Source: Myxococcota bacterium (GTDB taxonomy: Bacteria; Myxococcota_A; Polyangia; Nannocystales; Nannocystaceae). Taken from it: a stretch of 64,000 nt of DNA. The notes beneath the pieces are model-generated. The model was not told the DNA's origin. It was given only the letters and a program-made list of their open reading frames with translations, and ran no database searches. The DNA lies in NCBI GenBank assembly GCA_039028615.1, contig JBCCHT010000031.1, positions 1-64,000 of the forward strand, written 5' to 3'. This document shows positions 27,720-36,795 of the stretch, piece after piece (positions within the stretch are counted from its first letter, which is position 1; every line of letters starts with the position of its first letter). The translations under genes and the position numbers were made by a program.

Positions 27720-28534
27720 GAGGTCGAGTGAGTGTCTGGTGGTCCGTCGGCGGGGTCGGGTGACCCGAGCACATTGAGGGCGAAGTCCACGAGCTCGGCG
27801 CAGGCGCGGTCCCGGTCGAGGTCGTGGGCGAGGATGTGGAAGGAGCGGGGGAGGACGACCTTGCGGACCTGGCTGCTGGCCACGCGCTGGGCCACGCGGT
27901 CGGCCATCTCCACCGAGGCGGTGTGGTCGTGGCGCCCGTGCAGCAGCAGCAGCGGAGCGCGGACCAACGGCAGCAGGTCGCCGACTTCGCGCTGCAAGGC
28001 CACGAGCTCGGCCAGGGCAGGGAAGGGGAAGCCACGCAGGTTGGGGCTCTCGCGGCCGGCTCGCTCGACGCGGACGTCGGGGCCCCCGTCCTTGGGGAAG
28101 AAGCCGACCAGGCGCCCCAGGCCGGGAGTGGCTCGGGCCCGGGCCATGGCCTCGATGGCGGTGCGCTTCCAGGCGGGGAACGACAGCGGCACCGACAGCG
28201 CGGCCAGGCCCGTCACGTCGGGCGTGCGCAGGGCGGCCAGGCGCAGGGCGAGCAGCGAGCCCATCGAAAAACCCAAGACCATGACCTTGCGGCGACCCTG
28301 GGCCGACAGATCGTCGAAGGCGCTCTCTGCCGTGGCGTACCAGTCTCGCCAGGAGGCTTCCTCGAGGGCATCGAGGTCGGCATGACCGGCCATCTCGGGA
28401 GCGCGCACGGCAAAGCCCTTGGCGTACAGCGCCTCGGCAAAGGGCGCGACGTCGTAGGGAGTGCCGGTCAGGCCGTGCAGCAACAACACCGCGCGTTTGC
28501 CTTCACCCCGGTGGATGGGGCGAGGGTCGGCCAT
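27716..28534 (-). CDS. Alpha/beta hydrolase (carboxylesterase / monoacylglycerol-lipase-like)
   Basis: LLLHGLTG; nucleophile GFSMG; G.HD; SFHIL; ATGA overlap with glpK. Confidence 0.85.
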   Translation of the reverse strand: MADPRPIHRGEGKRAVLLLHGLTGTPYDVAPFAEALYAKGFAVRAPEMAGHADLDALEEASWRDWYATAESAFDDLSAQGRRKVMVLGFSMGSLLALRLAALRTPDVTGLAALSVPLSFPAWKRTAIEAMARARATPGLGRLVGFFPKDGGPDVRVERAGRESPNLRGFPFPALAELVALQREVGDLLPLVRAPLLLLHGRHDHTASVEMADRVAQRVASSQVRKVVLPRSFHILAHDLDRDRACAELVDFALNVLGSPDPADGPPDTHSTS

Positions 28535-28677
28535 GTCGTCGCCGGGCGCGGGGGAAGCGGGATGCATCGCAGCGGCCGCGAGCTTAGAACAGAGCCTTGC
28601 GCAGGACCATCCCGACGCCGCGAGGGTTGCGTTATGGGCCGAGGTTGCATCGAACGCCGTAGGGCGCGCGAGGTCGC

Positions 28678-30354
28678 TCAACCCGGAGGCACACAGATCC
28701 CTCCGCCCTCGATCTGGGCGTTGGTGCGGAACGTGTTCAGCTGCTGCCACGAGCGCGGCTCGACGGCGGGTATCGTCCCGTCTTCGCGCACGTTCGACAC
28801 GTGATAGGTGTGCTGATTCCAGATGCGGCGCGCCTGAATCCAGCGGTCTTCGACGTCGCGAATCACGGCCACCGCGGGTGAGCCCCCGATGGGCTGGAAG
28901 TTGGACACCACGACGATCTCGGCCGAGCCGTCGTTGTCGACGTCGGCCACCACCGGGTATTCGAGTCCGGTCCCGCTCTGACGCGGGCTGGCCAGCAGCG
29001 GGGCGCCCATCGCATCGAACACGAACAGCTGGGTCTCGTCGGCGTACATGGCCTCGGCGAGTCCGTCGCCGTCGAAGTCGAAGGCGGTGCCCCCCGCCGA
29101 GCCGCTGGCGTCGAGCACGGGTGCTTGCCAGAGGATGGAGGGGCCGGCCGGGGTGATCTCGTAGGCGGTGTAGTTGTTGGCCGAGCCGGTCGCGAACTCG
29201 GACACGTCGTCGCCGTCGAAGTCGTGCACGGTGCCGGGCTTCAGCCAGACGGTGAAGGGCGTGTTCGGATCTCCGGTGGGACGCTGGTCCTGCCACACGA
29301 TGGTCCCGTCGTGCTCGATCAGGTTGATCCCATTTTGGTTCATCAAGATGATCTCGGGGTCGGGGTCCCCGTCGAAGTCCGCCACGTGCGGGAAGCCGGG
29401 GGGCAGCCCCGTGTCGTAGTAGGGCGAGCCGTCGTGGTGATAGGCCACGGTGCCGTGGATGACCTCGAGGTCCCCGTCGCCGTCGAGGTCGGCCGCCGTC
29501 ACCAGCGAGCCGATGCTGGGGCCGGCGACGTCGCCGCTGTTCCACAGCTGGACGCCCATGTCGTCGTACACCGCACCGCCGATCATGATCTCCACGCGGC
29601 CATCGCCATCGAGGTCGGCCAGCGCAGGTCCGGCGAACTCCACCGTGCCCGCGGTGGTGGGGCTGGTCCAGGCCACGCTGCCGTCGTGTTCGAAGGCGAT
29701 GAGGTTGCCCAGCGTCGTGGTGGTGATGATCTCGGGGACGCCATCGTCGTCGATGTCACCCAGCGCGGGCGTCACCGTGAAGTTGACGTCGGCGGGGATC
29801 TCGAAGTGCTCGCTGCCGTCGTCACCCGACAGCACCACGATTCGCCCCGCGCCGCCGAAGCCGCCGAACGCGACGATCACCACGTCGGGGATGTCGCACA
29901 GGTCGATGGTCCCGTTGCCGTCGTCGTCGGTGAGGTTGGCCACCACGGGCGTGGTCACCGACTGGGTCAGCGTCGCACCCGTCCACTCCCACTGCACGTC
30001 GGGGTCGAAGGAATCGGGCGGGGCGGTCTCTTCACAGGTGCCGACCCCGGACCCATCGCGATCCACCGTGCAGCTCGGCCCCACGATGCGGGTGTCGGGG
30101 ACGGGAAGGTCGAACAGCACATCGTCGCCGCCGGCCTCGGTCGTCGAGCTGCTGCCGCCCGTCGTCCCGTCCCCCGTGGGTTGGTCCGGCCCGGTGGAGT
30201 CGAGCGCAGAGGTGGCGACCGGTCCCGTGCTCGACGCGGCTTCCATCGTCGGGTCGGTGCTGGAGCTGCCCGTGGCCGTCCCCGGGTCCAGCGGCGTTTC
30301 GGGGCCACAGACCGATAGACCCAGAGTGATGGCGCAGAGATGGCGTCGTTGCAA
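28678..30354 (-). CDS. FG-GAP/VCBS repeat surface protein
   Basis: Repeated D.DGDG..EI motifs; FDFDGDG.AE..YADE; EYPVVADVDNDGSAEIVV; WNQHTYHVSNV; Ser/Thr tether; TTG start. Confidence 0.85.
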   Translation of the reverse strand: MQRRHLCAITLGLSVCGPETPLDPGTATGSSSTDPTMEAASSTGPVATSALDSTGPDQPTGDGTTGGSSSTTEAGGDDVLFDLPVPDTRIVGPSCTVDRDGSGVGTCEETAPPDSFDPDVQWEWTGATLTQSVTTPVVANLTDDDGNGTIDLCDIPDVVIVAFGGFGGAGRIVVLSGDDGSEHFEIPADVNFTVTPALGDIDDDGVPEIITTTTLGNLIAFEHDGSVAWTSPTTAGTVEFAGPALADLDGDGRVEIMIGGAVYDDMGVQLWNSGDVAGPSIGSLVTAADLDGDGDLEVIHGTVAYHHDGSPYYDTGLPPGFPHVADFDGDPDPEIILMNQNGINLIEHDGTIVWQDQRPTGDPNTPFTVWLKPGTVHDFDGDDVSEFATGSANNYTAYEITPAGPSILWQAPVLDASGSAGGTAFDFDGDGLAEAMYADETQLFVFDAMGAPLLASPRQSGTGLEYPVVADVDNDGSAEIVVVSNFQPIGGSPAVAVIRDVEDRWIQARRIWNQHTYHVSNVREDGTIPAVEPRSWQQLNTFRTNAQIEGGGICVPPG

Positions 30355-30404
30355 AATCGGTCCCCCCCCCCGCTCATCGTATCAGGGCAGCCGAGGGATC
30401 GATT

Positions 30405-30728
30405 TCACGAGTCCGCATCGCCCCAGCGTCGGGCGGTCTTGCGGGCCCATGCATCGAGCGGCAGCAGCAGCGCGCCGAGGCGCTCGCCTTCGGTGGTGAG
30501 CTGGTAGCCGCGCTCCCCGTGCTCGACCACCGTCAGCTCGCGCAGCTCCGACAGTCGCCGGTTGAGCACGCTGGGCGAGGCGTCGTCGCAGGCCGAGCGT
30601 AGCTGCCGAAAGTTGAGGGGGCCGTGCCGCAGCTCCCACAGCACGCGCAGGGCCCAGCGCCGCCCGAGCATGTCGAGCAGGACCATGACCGGACGCTGGG
30701 AACCGCGGGGTTTACGAGGGGCCGCCAC
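30405..30728 (-). CDS. HxlR-family winged-helix transcriptional regulator
   Basis: LDMLGRRWALRVLWEL..GPLNF..L....SPSVL..RL.EL....Y.LT..G. Confidence 0.9.
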   Translation of the reverse strand: MAAPRKPRGSQRPVMVLLDMLGRRWALRVLWELRHGPLNFRQLRSACDDASPSVLNRRLSELRELTVVEHGERGYQLTTEGERLGALLLPLDAWARKTARRWGDADS

Positions 30729-30742
30729 CGAGGGGTTGTACG

Positions 30743-30796
30743 TTGCTACGATTTTAGTAGCAAGATGTCGATGCGATGCTACTCAAAACGTAGCAA
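30743..30796. promoter_or_regulatory. Two palindromic operator boxes TGCTAC-N7-GTAGCA
   Basis: TTGCTAC-GATTTTA-GTAGCAA at 30743-30763 and TGCTAC-TCAAAAC-GTAGCA at 30777-30795, in the divergent HxlR/CMD gap. Confidence 0.75.
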
Positions 30797-31368
30797 TGAC
30801 TTCCGCGACCACGAGCGCTCGGATTCCCCCGTTATGTCCCCCGTACGACCCCGAGGTCGCGCACGACCTCGAGCGGTTGATGCCGCCGGGTTACGACCCC
30901 CTGCTGTTGTTTCGCACCGTGGCCCACAACCCCCGGGTCCTCCGTCGCATGCGAAAGGGGGGTTTGCTCGACGCCGGATCGATCGAGCCCCTCCATCGCG
31001 AGCTCGTCATCCTGCGCACGACGGCGCGCTGCGGCAGCGAGTACGAGTGGGGCGTGCATGTCGCCTTCTTCGCGGGCCGGGTCGGCCTGAGTCCGGCCCA
31101 GGTCCAAGCGACGGTGAGCGGGACGCCCGACGATCCGGCGTGGACCCAGGCGCAGGCGCTGCTGGTGCAGCTGTGCGATGCGCTGCACGAGGGCTGCACC
31201 GTGCCGGAGCCCTTGTTCGCCGAGCTGCGCGCCGTGTGGTCCGCCGCTCAGCTCGTGGAGCTGGTGATGCTGGTCGGCCTCTACCACGCGATATCGATGA
31301 TGACGAACGCGCTGGCCCTGCCACCGGAACCAGGCGCTCCGCGTTTCGACGACCGCCCCGCGCTCTGA
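30796..31368 (+). CDS. Carboxymuconolactone decarboxylase (AhpD-like) family protein
   Basis: LFRTVAHNP; RELVILRT..RCGSEYEWGVH; QLVELVMLVGLY...S...NAL. Confidence 0.85.
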   Translation: MTSATTSARIPPLCPPYDPEVAHDLERLMPPGYDPLLLFRTVAHNPRVLRRMRKGGLLDAGSIEPLHRELVILRTTARCGSEYEWGVHVAFFAGRVGLSPAQVQATVSGTPDDPAWTQAQALLVQLCDALHEGCTVPEPLFAELRAVWSAAQLVELVMLVGLYHAISMMTNALALPPEPGAPRFDDRPAL

Positions 31369-31391
31369 CGCGTGGTGGTACGCTGCTCGCG

Positions 31392-32828
<1,437 letters not shown>

Positions 32829-33172
32829 GCTCGGCGGCCGAAAACGCGTGATGGCCGCTGTCGGTGGGACCCTTGCGCCGACTTCGGCGCCGCGGTTTTC
32901 ACGCGAATTAGATCGAACGTGAGGCAAGGGCGGCCACGCAATTCCCTCACTTTTTGGGCGCAACCGAGCCGTCGTGAAATGCTGAGCCGTACCTCCGGGG
33001 GCAGGGCCGTACTCCGCCCGCTTCTTGACCGCTTTGCCTAACAAACTCAATGACTTGCCCCTTTACCGGGCCTCGGGCCGCCCCGCGGGTGCGCGATTCA
33101 GATCACTACAATGACCTATCAATTCCCTATCACTGTCATTCACTTACATATCTCTGACGCGCAATCGTCGCG

Positions 33173-33201
33173 TTGACGGACTACGAATCGGCGTCGACAA
33201 T
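33173..33201 (+). promoter_or_regulatory. Sigma-70-like promoter for xre-pilMNOPQ
   Basis: TTGACG-N17-GACAAT, preceded by an AT-rich tract. Confidence 0.5.
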
Positions 33202-33218
33202 GTACGTGCTTCCAACGC

Positions 33219-33638
33219 ATGGACCCGGAAACCAACCACGGAGGCGAAGCCTCGACCAGTGGCGACGACACGTCTGCAATCGCAGCCGTGCCCGTCGAGC
33301 CGACGCCGCGCGACGAATCCTCTCCTGCGGAGGTTTCGCCAGCAGCTGCCGTGGAGGCGCCGCAGCCCGTCGTGGCCGCACCAGCCCCGGCCAAGAAGAA
33401 GAAGTCACGTACGCGGCCGAAGGCGGGGACGCATCCCAACAACGTCCGCAAGCTTCGCCAAGGCGCGATGATGAGCAAGGCCGAGCTTTCGCGGCGGGCG
33501 GGGGTCAGTCCCCTGACCATCGATCGCGTCGAAGCCGGGTGCCCGTGTCGTATGGACACGAAGCGCAAGATTCTCGAGGCACTCGGCTTGGAGCCTTCGG
33601 CGGCCAAGCAAGTGTTCCCCGATCTCGAAACTCCCTAG
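33219..33638 (+). CDS. XRE-family helix-turn-helix protein upstream of pilM
   Basis: NNVRKLR...MMSKAELSRRAGVSPLTIDRVEAG..CRMDTKRKI..ALG, with an acidic/Pro-rich N-terminal extension. Confidence 0.85.
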   Translation: MDPETNHGGEASTSGDDTSAIAAVPVEPTPRDESSPAEVSPAAAVEAPQPVVAAPAPAKKKKSRTRPKAGTHPNNVRKLRQGAMMSKAELSRRAGVSPLTIDRVEAGCPCRMDTKRKILEALGLEPSAAKQVFPDLETP

Positions 33639-33719
33639 GCGCGCGCGGTCGTCTCGCATCGTCGGTCGGCGCGCCTGCACATCCGTGGTCCCCAGGACCC
33701 GGGAGGGCGGCGTAACGCC

Positions 33720-34784
33720 ATGGCCAAGCAGTGCATCGGCCTGGACATTGGGTCGAGCGCGATCAAGCTCGTGCAGCTCAAGATCGGGCGGCGCGGCATC
33801 TCGCTCCTGAACTTCGGCATCGAACCGGTACCCCCGCAGTCGATTGTCGACGGCGCCGTGATGAACCACAGCGCGGTCGTCGACGCGATTCGGAACCTGA
33901 CCCGGCGGATTCACCTTCGCGGCAAGGGCATGGCGCTGGCGATCTCCGGTAACGCGGTGATCATCAAGCGCCTCACCATCCCCGCGATGGACGGCCCCTC
34001 GCTCGAAGAGCAGATGGAATGGGAGGTTCGGCAGAACATCCCGTTTTCTCGCGAGGATGTCGTGGTCGACTACGAGGTCCTGGTGCAGCAGACCCCGCAG
34101 GGCCAGATGGAGGTCCTGCTCGTGGCTGCCAAGCGAGACCTGGTCGGCCAGTACAACCAGGTCGTCCGCGATGCGGGTTTTTCACCCACCGTGGTCGACA
34201 CCGCGGCCTTCGCTCTGCAGAACGCAGTCGAGGGCGGCATCGGCTACGCCCCGGGCGAGACGGTGGCCATCATCAACGTGGGGGCGTCGTACTCCACGCT
34301 CAGCATCGTCACCAACGGGATGCCTTCGTTCACCCGCGACATCGCGGCCGGGGGCAATACCTACACGCAGGCGATCCAGCAGCGCTTGGCGGTGAGCACC
34401 GACGGGGCCGAGGCCTATAAGGTCGGCGGCGCGACGGCTGCGGCCGGGGCTGCGGCCGACGTGGTGCCGCAAGAGGTCCACCGCATCCTGGCCCAGGTCT
34501 CCGAGCAGGTGGCCGAGCAGGTCCAGCGCTCGCTCGACTTCTACATCAACGATGCGGTCGACACGCAGCTGTCTCGCATCTACCTGGCCGGAGGATCGTC
34601 GCTGGTGCCCCAGCTGCCCAAGGCGATCCAGGATCGCTCGCGGATCCCGGTCGAGATTCTCGATCCCTTTGCCCGCGCTCAAGTCGACGGTCGTCGCTTC
34701 GACGTCGAGTACCTGCGGGCGAACGCGCCAGTGGCCGCCATCGCATTTGGTCTGGCCCTGCGCCGCCCAGGAGATTCGGCATGA
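33720..34784 (+). CDS. pilM: Type IV pilus assembly protein PilM
   Basis: IGLDIGSSAIK, LLVAAK, IYLAGG, AFGLALR; first gene of the MNOPQ block. Confidence 0.96.
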   Translation: MAKQCIGLDIGSSAIKLVQLKIGRRGISLLNFGIEPVPPQSIVDGAVMNHSAVVDAIRNLTRRIHLRGKGMALAISGNAVIIKRLTIPAMDGPSLEEQMEWEVRQNIPFSREDVVVDYEVLVQQTPQGQMEVLLVAAKRDLVGQYNQVVRDAGFSPTVVDTAAFALQNAVEGGIGYAPGETVAIINVGASYSTLSIVTNGMPSFTRDIAAGGNTYTQAIQQRLAVSTDGAEAYKVGGATAAAGAAADVVPQEVHRILAQVSEQVAEQVQRSLDFYINDAVDTQLSRIYLAGGSSLVPQLPKAIQDRSRIPVEILDPFARAQVDGRRFDVEYLRANAPVAAIAFGLALRRPGDSA

Positions 34785-35470
34785 TTCGCATCAACCTGCT
34801 GCCCACCAAGAAGAAGGCCGCGCGCGGCGGTGCTCGTCGTGCCAGCGGCGGGGAGGGCAGCGCCAACGCCGGTCAGCTGTGGGTGTTCGGCTGGCTCATC
34901 GGCTGGCTCCTGATCGGTGGCGCCGGCTACTGGTTGCTGACCATGGAAGAAGACGCGGCCGCCGCGATGCGCGAGCAGGCCGCGGCCAAGAACCACGCCG
35001 CCGAGAAGATCAAAAACGACATCGACGAAGAGGGCCTCGAGGCGAGCAAGAAGGAGCTCGAGATGCAGCAGGCCATCCGGGCGAAGGTCGCGACCAAGCG
35101 CCGCACGCCGGTCTACGTGATGTACGAGCTGGCGTCGATCCTCACCGACGACAAGGACGGGGGCGGTGCCGACGAGGACAAGGAGAAGCTTCGTCAGCTC
35201 GAGAAGTCCGACCCGCGCGCCCGGCCCAACCCGCTCTGGGACCCCACGGGCCTGTGGCTGACCAAGGTCGAGGAAGAAGGCGGCTCCCTGGTCATCGAGG
35301 GCGGAGCCCGCGACGCGACCGACCTGTCGGAGTTCACCCGTCGCCTGCGGGTCAGTGCCCGCTTCGGCAAGGTCTCCCACCCCAACTTCGAGCGGGTCGG
35401 AACCCGGAGCGACGAAGACGAGCAACACCTCACCTGGGCGCTCAACGTAGCCGTGCGGCGGTGGGATTGA
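34781..35470 (+). CDS. pilN: Type IV pilus assembly protein PilN
   Basis: MIRINLLP motif, TM helix, coiled coil; ATGA overlap with pilM. Confidence 0.92.
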   Translation: MIRINLLPTKKKAARGGARRASGGEGSANAGQLWVFGWLIGWLLIGGAGYWLLTMEEDAAAAMREQAAAKNHAAEKIKNDIDEEGLEASKKELEMQQAIRAKVATKRRTPVYVMYELASILTDDKDGGGADEDKEKLRQLEKSDPRARPNPLWDPTGLWLTKVEEEGGSLVIEGGARDATDLSEFTRRLRVSARFGKVSHPNFERVGTRSDEDEQHLTWALNVAVRRWD

Positions 35471-35479
35471 GAGGCGAGT

Positions 35480-36136
35480 ATGGCGTCAGCGTTCGATAGC
35501 ATCGAAAAGATGCCCGTGTGGCAGAGGCTGGTCGTATGGCTCCTCTTTGCCGTCGTCATCGCGGCCGTCTGGTACTACATCTTCTATCTCGACGCGGTGA
35601 CGGCTCGAGAAGGGGCCGAGCAGAGCCTCGCCAAGGCCAAGACCGAGCTGGTCCGGCTCGAGGAGAAGAAGGCCAACCACCTCGAGGAGCTGCGCAAGCA
35701 CGAGGAGCGCAAGGCCGCTCTCAAGGCCGAGCGCACGGAGCTGTCCACCAGCTCCGCCACGGTGGAGAACCTCATGCAGACCTTCCAGCAGAAGGCCCGC
35801 CAGGTGGGGCTTTCCTTCGACAGCTGGAAGAACGAGGGCGAGCAGCGCCAGGACGTCTACGCCCGCCTGCCCGTGCTGGTCACCGCGCGCGGTACCTGGG
35901 CCCAGACCGGCGAGTTCTTCCGGCAGCTGTCCGAGCTCAAGCAGACGGTCAGCATCGAGAACATCCGGCTGAACGTGAAGGCCAACCGCAGCGAGGCCGA
36001 GCAGGTCGAGAACCCCGTGCTGGATCTGGAGTTCGAGGCGGCGACCTACCGCGCGCTGACCGAACAAGAACGTAGTGCGCCGAGCAACGGCCGGGCCAAG
36101 CCGTCGCGCCGTAAGGGAGCGAAGAAGAGAAAATGA
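35480..36136 (+). CDS. pilO: Type IV pilus assembly protein PilO
   Basis: TM helix, coiled coil, YARLPV....G.W...G.FF..LS; position in the operon. Confidence 0.9.
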   Translation: MASAFDSIEKMPVWQRLVVWLLFAVVIAAVWYYIFYLDAVTAREGAEQSLAKAKTELVRLEEKKANHLEELRKHEERKAALKAERTELSTSSATVENLMQTFQQKARQVGLSFDSWKNEGEQRQDVYARLPVLVTARGTWAQTGEFFRQLSELKQTVSIENIRLNVKANRSEAEQVENPVLDLEFEAATYRALTEQERSAPSNGRAKPSRRKGAKKRK

Positions 36137-36759
36137 GCACTTCGCACTCGAATTCCCGCCCCCGATGGCTGGGCCTCGGCGTCTCGGTGCTGGCGTTGGC
36201 GTTGTCCGGGCCCGCCTGTGGCGACGACGAGCTGCCCGCGACCGCCCAGCGCGGAGCTCCGGGCGGCGGCAAGAAAAAGGGCAAGAAGAAGGCCGGCAGC
36301 CGCCGCACCGGGAAGGGTGCTGCCGCCGGCGACGGGCTGCTCGACGAAGAAGTCGAGGACCCCGGGGTCAAGCGGCCTCCGCCGCTGCTCGACGCGACGT
36401 CGTTCGCGAAGTTTCGCGACCCCTTCCAGGGCTTCGTGGCGGCCGAGCCCGTCGAGCCCGAGCCCGATCCGATCCGAGCCGAGCGCGAGGTCGAGATGCG
36501 TCAGTACTCGTTCGAGGACTTGAAGCTGATCGGGATCACCAGCACTCGGCGATCCGGGGCGAGCCCCCGGGCGCTGTTCGTGGCCAATGACGGGATCAGC
36601 GGGTCCATCAGACAAGGCCAATTCTTCTCGAGCGCCGAAGTTTTGCTTGTGGCGGTCAATCGGGATTATGTCGAGATCGAGGTCGTCGACGAAGAGCTCT
36701 CGGCCAGCCTCGGCATGGAACGTGGCGAGCGCCGCGCGCTGTACCTGCGGAACGACTAA
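36133..36759 (+). CDS. pilP: Type IV pilus lipoprotein PilP
   Basis: Lipobox-like GPAC; RDPF; Y...DLKLIGI.....RAL; position in the operon. Confidence 0.88.
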   Translation: MSTSHSNSRPRWLGLGVSVLALALSGPACGDDELPATAQRGAPGGGKKKGKKKAGSRRTGKGAAAGDGLLDEEVEDPGVKRPPPLLDATSFAKFRDPFQGFVAAEPVEPEPDPIRAEREVEMRQYSFEDLKLIGITSTRRSGASPRALFVANDGISGSIRQGQFFSSAEVLLVAVNRDYVEIEVVDEELSASLGMERGERRALYLRND

Positions 36760-36795
36760 GCCGCACTCAATTTCACCCAGGGATTTTCCGTAGCG

